From positions 283,540 through 347,539 of the forward strand of contig CAVSCD010000011.1 in assembly GCA_963726335.1 (NCBI GenBank): a stretch of DNA of 64,000 nucleotides. The letters run 5' to 3'. This DNA comes from Candidatus Aminicenantes bacterium (GTDB lineage: Bacteria > Acidobacteriota > Aminicenantia > Aminicenantales > UBA8522). Shown piece by piece: positions 49,921 through 59,321 of this stretch; the stretch's first letter is position 1, and each line of letters starts with the position of its first letter. The translations under genes and the position numbers were made by a program. Below the pieces are notes generated by a model that worked only from the letters and a program-made list of their open reading frames with translations, ran no database searches and was not told where the DNA came from.

Positions 49921-50955
49921 CTATTTCCGGTCCTTGTAATACGCCGAGTAGAAGGCCTGGAAGTCGCGGCTGCGGTCCCTGATCTTCCGCCACCAGTCCT
50001 CATGATCCCGGTACCAACGGACGGTCGAGGCCAGGGCGTCGTCGAACGCGGCCTCCGGCTCCCAGCCGAGCGCCCGGAGCTTGCCGCAATCGAGGGCGTA
50101 CCGGACGTCGTGGCCGAGGCGGTCGGGGACCGGGGTGATCAAGCTGCGCGGGCGGCCCAGGAGGTCGCAGATCGCCTCCGCCACGCGGATATTTTGGACT
50201 TCGTTGCCGGCGCCGATGTTGTAGGCTTCGCCGAGCTCGCCGCGACGGGCGACGAGGTCGATGGCCCGGCAGTTGTCTTGGACATAGAGCCAATCCCGGA
50301 TGTTCGTCCCCTTCCCGTAGAGAGGCAGCGGCTGGCCCTCCAGGGCATTGGTGACGAACAGGGGGATGAACTTCTCCGGATACTGGTACGGGCCGAAGTT
50401 GTTGCTCGGCCGGACGATGACCACGGGCAACCCGAAGGTCACGCGGTAGGCGTAGGCCAGGCGGTCGGCCCCGGTCTTGCTCGCGGCGTAAGGCGACGAC
50501 GGGTTCAAGGCGTCCGTCTCATTGAAGAACCCCGCCTCGCGGCTCCCGTAGACCTCGTCGGTCGAGACGTGCAGGAAAAACTCGATGTCGGGCGCCGCTT
50601 TCAGCGCGTCGAGGAGGACGAACGTCCCGTAGACGTCCGTCAGGACGAACTCGCCCGCGTCCATGATCGACCGGTCGACGTGCGTCTCCGCGGCGAAGTG
50701 GACGACGCCCTGGACGCGCCGATAGATCTGCCGGACGACCTCCTGGCTCCGGACGTCGCCCCGGACGAATTCGTACCGCGGGTCGTTCTCCACGTCCGCG
50801 AGGTTGTCCGGGTTCCCGGCGTACGTCAGCTTGTCCAGGTTGACGATCTTCGCGCCGGGATACTCTCTCAGAACGTGATGGATGAAATTGCTGCCGATGA
50901 AACCGGCGCCCCCGGTGACGAGAAGCGTCTTGCCGTCGATCGTTCTTTCCGCCAC
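49921..50955 (-). CDS. rmlB: dTDP-glucose 4,6-dehydratase
   Basis: LVTGGAGFIGSNF, DKLTYAG, HFAAETHVDRSI, STDEVYG, PYAASK. Confidence 0.96.
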   Translation of the reverse strand: MAERTIDGKTLLVTGGAGFIGSNFIHHVLREYPGAKIVNLDKLTYAGNPDNLADVENDPRYEFVRGDVRSQEVVRQIYRRVQGVVHFAAETHVDRSIMDAGEFVLTDVYGTFVLLDALKAAPDIEFFLHVSTDEVYGSREAGFFNETDALNPSSPYAASKTGADRLAYAYRVTFGLPVVIVRPSNNFGPYQYPEKFIPLFVTNALEGQPLPLYGKGTNIRDWLYVQDNCRAIDLVARRGELGEAYNIGAGNEVQNIRVAEAICDLLGRPRSLITPVPDRLGHDVRYALDCGKLRALGWEPEAAFDDALASTVRWYRDHEDWWRKIRDRSRDFQAFYSAYYKDRK

Positions 50956-50956
50956 G

Positions 50957-51412
50957 TCACCCGTCCTTCCGCTTCCAGTCGTAGGGGATCTCGGGCGACG
51001 ACGGGTCGAGCCGCTGCTCGTCGGGATGGGCATAGTCGTAGGTCCGGTCGGGGATGTTGACCACCACCGCCTCCTCGGGGCTCACGCACATCCAGCCGTG
51101 ATGGACGCCGGCCGGGAGCTGGACGAGCATCGGGTTATGGACGCCGATGTAGAACTGGTTGACCTCCCGGAAAGTGGGCGAATCGGGCCGGCCGTCATAG
51201 ACGGCCAGCTTGACCATCCCGGCGACGCAGGCGATGCTATCGGACTGCTTTTCGTGCTTGTGCCAGGCCTTGACGACGCCCGGATAGGTCGTCGTGACGT
51301 AGACCTGCCCGAACTCCTGGAAAAGATCATCGTCCCGCCGCAGGATCTCCGTCAGCCGCCCGCGCTCGTCGGGAATGACTTTCAGCTTTTTGGTCTTGAT
51401 GCCGTTGATCAT
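50957..51412 (-). CDS. rmlC: dTDP-4-dehydrorhamnose 3,5-epimerase-like cupin
   Basis: DERG, KAWHKH..Q.D, YDGR.DSPT, GVHHG. Confidence 0.85.
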   Translation of the reverse strand: MINGIKTKKLKVIPDERGRLTEILRRDDDLFQEFGQVYVTTTYPGVVKAWHKHEKQSDSIACVAGMVKLAVYDGRPDSPTFREVNQFYIGVHNPMLVQLPAGVHHGWMCVSPEEAVVVNIPDRTYDYAHPDEQRLDPSSPEIPYDWKRKDG

Positions 51413-51446
51413 CTGCCTCTCCCCAGGGGACGGCCCCGGCCGCTCC

Positions 51447-52517
51447 TCACTTGAGTCCGATCTCGCTCTTGTCCCCGACCATGAAGCGGTAGGCCAGGGG
51501 CTTGGGCGGGCACTTGTGGATGCGGACGTCCCGGCCGATCAGGCTCTCGTCGATCCGGCTGCCGATGTCCAGGATCTCGCTGCCCTCGAGGACGATGCTG
51601 TGCTCGATCTCGGTGCCGACGATCCGGCACCCCTTCTGGATCGAGGTGAACGGCCCGATGTAGGAGTCCGCGATCTCGCAGCCGGCGCCGATGATGGCCG
51701 GGCCGCGGATGGTGCTCGCCCGGACCACGGCCCCCGCCTCGATGACCACGGCCCCGCTCACCTTGGACGCCTCGTCGACCGTGCCCTCGACCGCGCCCTC
51801 GATCGTCTCCAGGATCAGGCGGTTGGCGTCGAGGATGTCCTCGATCTTCCCCGTATCTTTCCACCAGCCGGAGACGAGGTGCGGCTGAACGACGTAGCCC
51901 TTCTCCACGAGGTACTGGATGGCGTCGGTGATCTCGAGCTCGTTCCGCCAGGACGGCCGGATGGCCTTGACGGCCTCGAAGATGTGCGCGTCGAACATGT
52001 AGACCCCGACGAGCGCCAGGTTCGAAGCCGGCTCTTTCGGCTTTTCCACGAGCCGGACGACCTGGTTGTCGCGGAGCTCGGCGACGCCGAACATCTGCGG
52101 GTTGGGAACCGGAGTCAGGAGGATCAGGGCGTTCGGCCGGCGCTCCTCGAACTCCCTGACGAGCGAGATGATGCCGCTCTTCAGGATGTTGTCGCCCAGG
52201 TACATGACGAACGGCTCGCCGCGCAGGAACGGCTCGGCGATGAGCACGGCGTGGGCCAGGCCGAGGGGTTCGGGCTGCTCGATGTAGGTGATCCGGACGT
52301 CCGGGCCCCAGCGCGAGCCGTCCCCGGCCGCCTCCCGGATCTCGTCCCGGGTCTCGCCGACGATGATCCCGATGTCGCGGATGCCGGCCCCGACCAGCGC
52401 CTCGATCCCGTAGAACAGGACCGGCTTGTTCGCCACCGGGACGAGCTGCTTGGCCTGGGTGAAGGTCAGGGGGCGAAGCCGGGTGCCCTTGCCGCCGCTC
52501 AATATTAAGCCTTTCAT
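51447..52517 (-). CDS. rmlA: Glucose-1-phosphate thymidylyltransferase (long form)
   Basis: GGKGTRLRPLT, KQL.PVANKP, GLAHAV, EKP, ELEITD, WKDTG. Confidence 0.95.
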   Translation of the reverse strand: MKGLILSGGKGTRLRPLTFTQAKQLVPVANKPVLFYGIEALVGAGIRDIGIIVGETRDEIREAAGDGSRWGPDVRITYIEQPEPLGLAHAVLIAEPFLRGEPFVMYLGDNILKSGIISLVREFEERRPNALILLTPVPNPQMFGVAELRDNQVVRLVEKPKEPASNLALVGVYMFDAHIFEAVKAIRPSWRNELEITDAIQYLVEKGYVVQPHLVSGWWKDTGKIEDILDANRLILETIEGAVEGTVDEASKVSGAVVIEAGAVVRASTIRGPAIIGAGCEIADSYIGPFTSIQKGCRIVGTEIEHSIVLEGSEILDIGSRIDESLIGRDVRIHKCPPKPLAYRFMVGDKSEIGLK

Positions 52518-52518
52518 G

Positions 52519-54774
52519 TCAATAGCCTGCTCCTCCCATGAAGTCCGTCGACCGGCCGATATTGCCCAGGCCGACGGAAACCCGCCACTGCAATTCCGGC
52601 TCATTGCGATAGTTGAAGACGCGGACATCGGCCTGGAAATCGAGGCATTGGTAATGATAGACGAGGCCCACCCCGGTGTAAAGGATTTCCCGTTCCAGGA
52701 TGTTGAAGTCGATATCGTACAAGACCTCGATCGGCAGGCGGGCCGGCTTCAGCCGGGCGATGATCCCGACCTGCTGCCGGTCGCCCAGGATGTCCTGGTA
52801 GTAGGGGTTCATGCTCTTGAACCAGTTCACCGAGAGGAAGAACGGCGAATCGTAGGAATTGAGGTTGCCCGACAGGCGGACAAATGAGAGCATCTTGAAG
52901 TAGGGGTTGTAGCCGAACGAGGCGTCGATGCTGTACGGCCCGAACGGATAGAACCTCAGGTAGCTGCTGATGTCGGAGAAGCGCAGGACCTTGTCCTTGT
53001 AATCGTAATAGCTCAACGGGCTGTTTTCGGGGTCGAGGTAGTAGGTCTGGCCGATGCCCCAGGTGAGGATCTCGCGCGGCATGTCGCGCTTGACGATCAG
53101 CCGGTTGGTCAGGCCATAGCTGAGCTGGTAATATCGGAAGAAGCCGTAAGCCGTGACGATCCTGTCCGGCTGGCTCACCGGGCTGTCGTACCGGAAGTTC
53201 AGTTGCGGCTCGATCAGGTGCTTGACCTTATTCTCGCCCTGGGAGTCCTGGTAGATCTTGAAGAGGACCGGCCCGGTCATATCCACGTCGAACACATAGT
53301 TGAACTGCATGATGGGTTCGTTGATGATCCTCCGGGTGCCGGGGGCCAGCGACTGGCCGTAATACACCAGGTTCGAGGACAGGCTGGAGTTCACGGTCAG
53401 CCAGGGGATACTGGAAAACGGCAGGCTCAGCGTCGGGTTGAACCCGACGCTGTTGTAGTGGCGCTCCTGGCGGTTCTCGTACTCGCCCTTCCAGCCGTAC
53501 TTCCAGCTCGTGAACGAGGTGTTGAACGAGAAATAGAGGGGCGAGAACAGCTTGATCTTGAAGGCATTGAGGACGGCCTGGGGAAGATAATAAGTGATGA
53601 TGGAATCGTCGATGTCCTGGTAGAGGGTCTCGTACCGGGAGGCCCGGACGCTGAAATTGTAGCGGGACCAGGCCCGGGTGATGTAGGCCTCGGAGCGGAA
53701 ATTGGAGAACATCGCCCGCTTGTAATTGTTGTCGAACTCCCGGAGGAAATCGAACGAGGTCTGGTAATCGATGTTCGAGACGAGCCGGAAATCCAGGGGC
53801 AGGGGCTGATTGTGATTGAGCCGGAAGATGTAGGCGTCGGGCGAATCGTCCACGCTTTGCCCGGGCTTGAAACGGAAATAGTAGACCCGGGCTTCGCCCC
53901 CCGTCCCCCCGTTGAAGAGGTATCGGTACTCCAAGCCGCCGCCCATGCCCTTATTGGAATAATAATCGGCCTCGAAAGTGGCGTCCATGTTCCTGGCTAT
54001 GGCCCAGTAGAAGGCCTCGCCGAAGAAGATGCCCTTGACCCCCGAGTAGCCGACCTGGGGCATCAGGAACCCGGTCGCCCGCTCGCGGTTGAGGGGATAG
54101 CGCAGGTACGGCCAGTAGAAGACGGGGATCTTCTTGATGGTCAGGAGCGCGTTCCACAGCGCCACGTAGTCGTCCTTCTTGAGATACGCCTTCGAGCAGG
54201 AGAACTGCCAGCGGGGCGTGGGCTGGGCGCAGGTCGTCAGGCTGGCCTTGGTCAGGTTCAGCGTCTCGCGTCCCGTTCCCTCGATCGCCGCGGCACGGTA
54301 GAAGACGGTCGGCTCGATCATGCCCACCGCCTCCTCGAACCGCGCCTGACGGGAATCCAGGTTATAGAAGATCTTCTCGGCGTTAATGACTTCGCTGGGA
54401 AGCTGGACGGTGACGTTCCCGCTGGCGACGACGTCCTTGGTTTCGGTGTCGACCTCGAGCTGGTCGGCGAAGACCTTGATGTCTTTGTAGTGGATCTCCA
54501 CGTTGCCCGTGGCGAAGACCCGGTTCTTCTCCCATCTCTTCTCGTGGGCCAGGATGGTGATGGGGGCCTCGAGCCCGGCCGGTTTGGCCTCGGGAACCTG
54601 AACTTCAGGGGCCTGGGAAGCCGGCGGCGCCGCCTGTTCGGTCGGGTTTTTCTCCTGACCGGCCGCCTGCTCCGGCAGGAAAGCCGGCCCCGCAGCCGCC
54701 AGGAAAACGGCGACGAAAAGCGGCAGCCAAGCGCGGGCCGGGAGAGCGGGCAGACATCGACGGCCGGCTTTCAT
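52519..54774 (-). CDS. lptD: LPS-assembly protein LptD
   Basis: OstA-like N-domain, TTC....P.W, P.FY.PY, R.TGFLMP, KHLIEP, barrel C-terminus. Confidence 0.9.
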   Translation of the reverse strand: MKAGRRCLPALPARAWLPLFVAVFLAAAGPAFLPEQAAGQEKNPTEQAAPPASQAPEVQVPEAKPAGLEAPITILAHEKRWEKNRVFATGNVEIHYKDIKVFADQLEVDTETKDVVASGNVTVQLPSEVINAEKIFYNLDSRQARFEEAVGMIEPTVFYRAAAIEGTGRETLNLTKASLTTCAQPTPRWQFSCSKAYLKKDDYVALWNALLTIKKIPVFYWPYLRYPLNRERATGFLMPQVGYSGVKGIFFGEAFYWAIARNMDATFEADYYSNKGMGGGLEYRYLFNGGTGGEARVYYFRFKPGQSVDDSPDAYIFRLNHNQPLPLDFRLVSNIDYQTSFDFLREFDNNYKRAMFSNFRSEAYITRAWSRYNFSVRASRYETLYQDIDDSIITYYLPQAVLNAFKIKLFSPLYFSFNTSFTSWKYGWKGEYENRQERHYNSVGFNPTLSLPFSSIPWLTVNSSLSSNLVYYGQSLAPGTRRIINEPIMQFNYVFDVDMTGPVLFKIYQDSQGENKVKHLIEPQLNFRYDSPVSQPDRIVTAYGFFRYYQLSYGLTNRLIVKRDMPREILTWGIGQTYYLDPENSPLSYYDYKDKVLRFSDISSYLRFYPFGPYSIDASFGYNPYFKMLSFVRLSGNLNSYDSPFFLSVNWFKSMNPYYQDILGDRQQVGIIARLKPARLPIEVLYDIDFNILEREILYTGVGLVYHYQCLDFQADVRVFNYRNEPELQWRVSVGLGNIGRSTDFMGGAGY

Positions 54775-54824
54775 CACCCGGCAAATGTAGCATACTCCCC
54801 GCGGCCGAATCAATTGAACCCGGG

Positions 54825-54853
54825 TTGACACGCCCTCGGGTAAGCCATAGAAT
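54825..54853 (+). promoter_or_regulatory. Sigma70 promoter for the protease-wzm-wzt operon
   Basis: TTGACA-17 bp-TAGAAT, followed by AAGGAGG RBS. Confidence 0.7.
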
Positions 54854-54875
54854 CGGAGCCGATTAAGGAGGCCAA

Positions 54876-55769
54876 ATGAACGATAAATTGGCCATGGGCT
54901 GGATCCCCGATTATCCCGATTTCAGGGACTATACCGAAGAGAACGAGAAGATCCGGGAGATCCTGGAGCCGACCGGCGTTCTGCTCCGCGCGCCCGGGGG
55001 GGAAAAGAAGAGGGCCGCCGCGCTTCCCCCCTCCATCGACCTTCGCGAGTGGTGCTCGCCCATCGAAGACCAGGGCCAGCTCGGCTCCTGCACCGCCAAC
55101 GCCGGGGCCGGGGTCATCGAATACTATGAGCGCAAGTCCTTCGGCCGTCACATCGAAGCGTCGCGCCTTTTTCTCTACAAGGTCACCCGGAACCTGATGA
55201 AGATGAGCGGCGACACCGGCGCCTACCTCCGCACGACCATCGGCGCCATGGTCATCTTCGGCGTTCCGCCGGAGGAATATTGGCCGTACACGGATGACAC
55301 CAGGAGCTTCGACAGCGAGCCGCCGGCTTTCTGCTATTCCTTCGCCCAGAATTATAAGACGCTGATGTATTACCGGCACGATCCGGCCCCGGCCGGGCCG
55401 GAGGCCGTTATCGGGCGGCTCAAGACCTACCTCGCCGCCGGCCATCCGGCCATGTTCGGGTTTTCCGTCTACAGCTCGATCGAGCAGGCCGGGGAGACGG
55501 GAGAGATCCCCTTCCCCTCTCCCCGGGACAGAATGGAAGGCGGTCACGCCGTCGTGGCCGTCGGTTACGACGACAAGAAGGAGATCCGGAACGGGCACGC
55601 CGACAGGCCGGAGACCGGGGCCCTGCTCATCCGGAACTCCTGGGGAAAAGAGTGGGGCGAAGCCGGCTACGGCTGGCTGCCGTACGCATACGTGAAAAGG
55701 GGACTGGCCGAAGACTTCTGGTCCGTCCTGAAGAAGGAATGGGTGGACACGGGGGAGTTCAGGGTCTAG
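54876..55769 (+). CDS. Papain-family (C1A) cysteine protease, no signal peptide
   Basis: GWIPD.PD.RD, DQGQLGSC, GGHAV, RNSWG. Confidence 0.95.
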   Translation: MNDKLAMGWIPDYPDFRDYTEENEKIREILEPTGVLLRAPGGEKKRAAALPPSIDLREWCSPIEDQGQLGSCTANAGAGVIEYYERKSFGRHIEASRLFLYKVTRNLMKMSGDTGAYLRTTIGAMVIFGVPPEEYWPYTDDTRSFDSEPPAFCYSFAQNYKTLMYYRHDPAPAGPEAVIGRLKTYLAAGHPAMFGFSVYSSIEQAGETGEIPFPSPRDRMEGGHAVVAVGYDDKKEIRNGHADRPETGALLIRNSWGKEWGEAGYGWLPYAYVKRGLAEDFWSVLKKEWVDTGEFRV

Positions 55770-55772
55770 CCG

Positions 55773-56582
55773 ATGGCTTCGACAAAAGGAGGATCGCCGC
55801 GGCCTCCCGGCCGCCTCCGCGAGCTCTTCGAGTACCGCGGCCTCGTCCTCAACCTGACCCGGGTCGAGCTGAAGCTTCGCTACCGGAATTCCGCTCTCGG
55901 CTTCCTCTGGACGGTCCTCAACCCCCTGTTCTATCTTCTCATCCTGGCCGTCGTTTTCTCGAAGATCATCCGCTTCGATATCCCCGACTACCCGGTCTTC
56001 CTGTTCGCCGGCCTGACATCCTGGCTGATGATCCAACAGACGGTCACCATCGCGACGTCCTCGATCGTCAATAACCAGGCGCTCATCCGGCGGGTCTACG
56101 TCCCGAAGCTGGCCTTCCCGCTGTCGAACGTCCTCGCCCGTTTCGCCGACCATCTCATCCTGGTCGCGGTCCTCCTCGCCTCCATGATCGTCTTCGGGAG
56201 GCCGTGGACCCCAGCCCTGTTCCTCGTGCCGGCCGTGATCGTCCTCCACTTCCTGTTCGCGCTCGGGCTGTCGCTCCTGGCCGCGGTCGCGGACATCCGG
56301 GTCCGGGACGTTCAGCACGTGGTCGCCATCCTCTTCCAGGCGCTCTTTTACATCACGCCGGTCTTCTACAGTGCGGACTTCGTTCCCGAAAAGTACCGGG
56401 CGCTCTTCCTGGCCAACCCGTTCTACTACTTCGTCGAGAGCTTCCGCGCGCCCATCTACCGGGGCGCCCTCCCGGCGTGGGACGTTCTGGGGATCGCGGC
56501 GCTCCTCGCCGCCGTCATTTTTGTCGCCGGGTTCCTGATCTTCATCCGGAAGGAAAAAGACTTTGTCTTCCACCTCTCCTGA
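55773..56582 (+). CDS. wzm: Polysaccharide ABC exporter permease Wzm
   Basis: LKLRYRNSALGFLW..LNP, RDVQH, FY.TPVFY, NP. Confidence 0.93.
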   Translation: MASTKGGSPRPPGRLRELFEYRGLVLNLTRVELKLRYRNSALGFLWTVLNPLFYLLILAVVFSKIIRFDIPDYPVFLFAGLTSWLMIQQTVTIATSSIVNNQALIRRVYVPKLAFPLSNVLARFADHLILVAVLLASMIVFGRPWTPALFLVPAVIVLHFLFALGLSLLAAVADIRVRDVQHVVAILFQALFYITPVFYSADFVPEKYRALFLANPFYYFVESFRAPIYRGALPAWDVLGIAALLAAVIFVAGFLIFIRKEKDFVFHLS

Positions 56583-57831
56583 TCCAAGAAGCGGCGCGGC
56601 CGGGCCCGCGATCCGGACGGCATCGCTCGGCATCCGGTTCAACCTGGACCTCGAAAGGGGGGTGAGGCTGAAGGAGGCCGGGCTGGGCGCCCTCCGGTCC
56701 CTCATCCGGCGGAAAAAGCGGGAGTTCTGGGCCCTCAAGGACATCGACCTCGAGATCCGGAGGGGGGAGATCTTCGGGGTCATCGGCGGCAACGGCGCCG
56801 GCAAGAGCACGCTCCTCAAGATCATCGCCGGCATCTTTCCGGCGACGGAGGGAAGCGTCACGGCGCAGGGCAGCATCGCTCCCCTGATCGAGCTCGGTGC
56901 CGCCTTCAACCCGGAGCTCACGGGCGCCGAGAACATCGACTTCACCGGTTCCGTCTACAAGATCCCGCGCCGCGTCGTCCGCGCCAATTTCGACCGGATC
57001 GTCGAATTCTCGGGCCTCCGCAAGTTCATCCACACGCCGGTCAAGAACTACTCTTCGGGGATGTTCCTCAGGCTGGCCTTCTCCACCGTCATCTTCTTCG
57101 AGCCGGACATCGTCCTCATCGACGAGGTCTTCGCCGTGGGCGACGAGGTCTTCCAGCAAAAGAGCTTCGAGAAGATCCTGTCGTTCAAGGAGAAGGGGGC
57201 GACCATCCTCCTTGTCTCCCACGACCTGAACCTGATCAGCCAGATCTGCGGCCGCGTCCTGCTTCTTCATCGGGGACGGGAGGCCTTCCTCGGGCCGGCC
57301 GAGGAGGCCGTGAAGCGCTACCACCAGCTCATCACGAGCGGCGACGGGATCGGCCCCGAGGCGGAGCCGCCGGGAACCCCGGCCGCGGCGGCCGACTCGA
57401 GACGGTGGGGGACCCGCCAGGTCGAGATCACGTCCGTGCGGTTCGCCGATGAGCAGGGGCGCCTCAAGAACGCCTTTTCCCAGGGAGATTATTTCGAGGC
57501 TCAGATCTCCTATATCTCGCATCTCAAGGACGGCGTCCCGGTTTTCGGGGTCGCCATCAACACCGTCTACAAGATGCTCATCTACGGCCCCAACACGCTG
57601 GGAAAAGACGTCGAGGGGGATTTTGGGGAAAAAGGCCTCATCCGGTTCATCGTCCCTTCGCTGCCGCTTTTCGGCGGCGATTACCTCTTCTCGGCCTCGG
57701 CCTACGATCCGTCCCTCTCCCAAGCCTATGACCATCATGAGATGATGTATCACTTCCGGGTGACGTCGGGCGGCACCCGGGACTTCGGCTGCGTCCGGAT
57801 AGAGTCCCGCTGGAAGGCCGAGGGCGCATGA
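56563..57831 (+). CDS. wzt: Polysaccharide ABC exporter ATPase Wzt with C-terminal carbohydrate-binding domain
   Basis: GGNGAGKSTLL, YSSGM..RLAF, IDE...VGD..F, VSHD; Wzt_C-like tail. Confidence 0.93.
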   Translation: MSSTSPDPRSGAAGPAIRTASLGIRFNLDLERGVRLKEAGLGALRSLIRRKKREFWALKDIDLEIRRGEIFGVIGGNGAGKSTLLKIIAGIFPATEGSVTAQGSIAPLIELGAAFNPELTGAENIDFTGSVYKIPRRVVRANFDRIVEFSGLRKFIHTPVKNYSSGMFLRLAFSTVIFFEPDIVLIDEVFAVGDEVFQQKSFEKILSFKEKGATILLVSHDLNLISQICGRVLLLHRGREAFLGPAEEAVKRYHQLITSGDGIGPEAEPPGTPAAAADSRRWGTRQVEITSVRFADEQGRLKNAFSQGDYFEAQISYISHLKDGVPVFGVAINTVYKMLIYGPNTLGKDVEGDFGEKGLIRFIVPSLPLFGGDYLFSASAYDPSLSQAYDHHEMMYHFRVTSGGTRDFGCVRIESRWKAEGA

Positions 57832-59321
57832 TCACAGGCCGGGATGACTTTCCCTGGACGTTCGACCAGTTCCAGCGATACCGGGTTCTTCAGGCGTTCA
57901 TCGAAGCTCTCTACCCGCGCCAAGAGATCACGGTCCTGGATGTCGGCGGCGCGTCCCCCGACAGGAGCGGCCGCGCGCTCTGGCTGCCGCTGAAGCGCCT
58001 GCTGCCCGGCGGCGGCAGCTTCGTCCTCGACATCCGGCCCGCGCGCGAGCGGGGCTTCGTCCGGGGTGACGGCCTCCGGCTGCCCTTCAAGGACAAGTGC
58101 TTCGACGCCGTCGCTTCGCTCGATACCCTGGAGCACATCCCGTCCGGGAGGAGGCCGGAATTCCTCCGCGAGCTCGCCCGGGTGGCCCGGGGTTCCGTGC
58201 TGCTGTCCGCGCCCTTCCGCGACCCGGAGATCGAGCGGGCCGAAAGCCTCCTTTTCCGTCAGATCGAGGACCGCCACGGCGTCGAACACGAGCAGCTCCT
58301 GGAGCACGCGCGGAACGGCCTCCCGGACGTTGTCGAGACCCGGGAGACCCTGCGCCGGAGTTTCCCGGCGAGCGTCGGGTTTTCCTACGGCTCCCTCACC
58401 CGATGGCTTCTCCTCCAGACGATCGAGAACATCTTTCTCTTCCGCAGGAACAGCCCCGCCATCCTGGGGCTTCTCGACAGGGGGATGGCGGCCGAAGATG
58501 CCGCTCCTGAGCTCGTCCCGCCCTTTTCCCGTCACTATTGGGTCTCCTCGAACGATTTCCGGACCGAGGAGCTGGAGCGGGCCATCGAGGCGGTCAAGAC
58601 CCGCCTTCGCGAGCCGGTCGTCGAGTTCGGCGAACCGGAAGCGCGCGAGCTCAATCTGGAGATGGCCGCGCTTATAAAGGCCGGGCGCGTCACGGCGATC
58701 GTCGTTTCGCCGGGCCGGGGAGACCGCCTGGCCGATAGCCTGGACCATCTCCTGACCCAGAAGGTCGATTTTGAGCTCGAGGTCGTCGCCTGGAGCCTCA
58801 AACCCGATTCGGCCAAGGAAGAAAGACTGCGCTCGCGGTTCCCCGGGGTCCGGCACACGGTTTCCGGCAGGGGCGAGCCGTCCCTCCAAAAGCTCCTCAA
58901 GATCGCCTCCCGGGCGAGCGGAGATCATATCCTGCTTCTTTCGGATGAGATCCTCCTGCCGCTTGACTCGGCGCAGGCGCTCTTCGACGCCGTGAGCCGG
59001 GACCCCCGGATCCAGCTCCTTTCCCCGCGGACGGTCTTCAAGAGATATCTTTCGCCGGCCTGGCAGGGGCGGAAAAAGTCCCTGTCGAGATTCCTGGCCG
59101 GGAGGATCCCCCGGCGCCGGCCGGTGGAGCGCAGCGTCCCGTTCCGCTGGATCTTCAACGAATGCCTGTTCTTCAGGAAAGAGGCCCTCTTCGACCGGAA
59201 GTTGGACGGCGGCCGGTCCGGCAAAAGGAACATTTTCTTATGGGAAAAGGCGGGGGCGGGCGGGGCCGCGGACCCGCCTCTGTGGACGACCCTTCCCCAC
59301 ACTGTATTTAAGAGAAAATGA
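57828..59321 (+). CDS. SAM methyltransferase fused to a degenerate GT2-like domain
   Basis: VLDVGG, LPF.D..FD.V...DTLEHI; C-terminal ASGDHILLLSDE. Confidence 0.75.
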   Translation: MITGRDDFPWTFDQFQRYRVLQAFIEALYPRQEITVLDVGGASPDRSGRALWLPLKRLLPGGGSFVLDIRPARERGFVRGDGLRLPFKDKCFDAVASLDTLEHIPSGRRPEFLRELARVARGSVLLSAPFRDPEIERAESLLFRQIEDRHGVEHEQLLEHARNGLPDVVETRETLRRSFPASVGFSYGSLTRWLLLQTIENIFLFRRNSPAILGLLDRGMAAEDAAPELVPPFSRHYWVSSNDFRTEELERAIEAVKTRLREPVVEFGEPEARELNLEMAALIKAGRVTAIVVSPGRGDRLADSLDHLLTQKVDFELEVVAWSLKPDSAKEERLRSRFPGVRHTVSGRGEPSLQKLLKIASRASGDHILLLSDEILLPLDSAQALFDAVSRDPRIQLLSPRTVFKRYLSPAWQGRKKSLSRFLAGRIPRRRPVERSVPFRWIFNECLFFRKEALFDRKLDGGRSGKRNIFLWEKAGAGGAADPPLWTTLPHTVFKRK

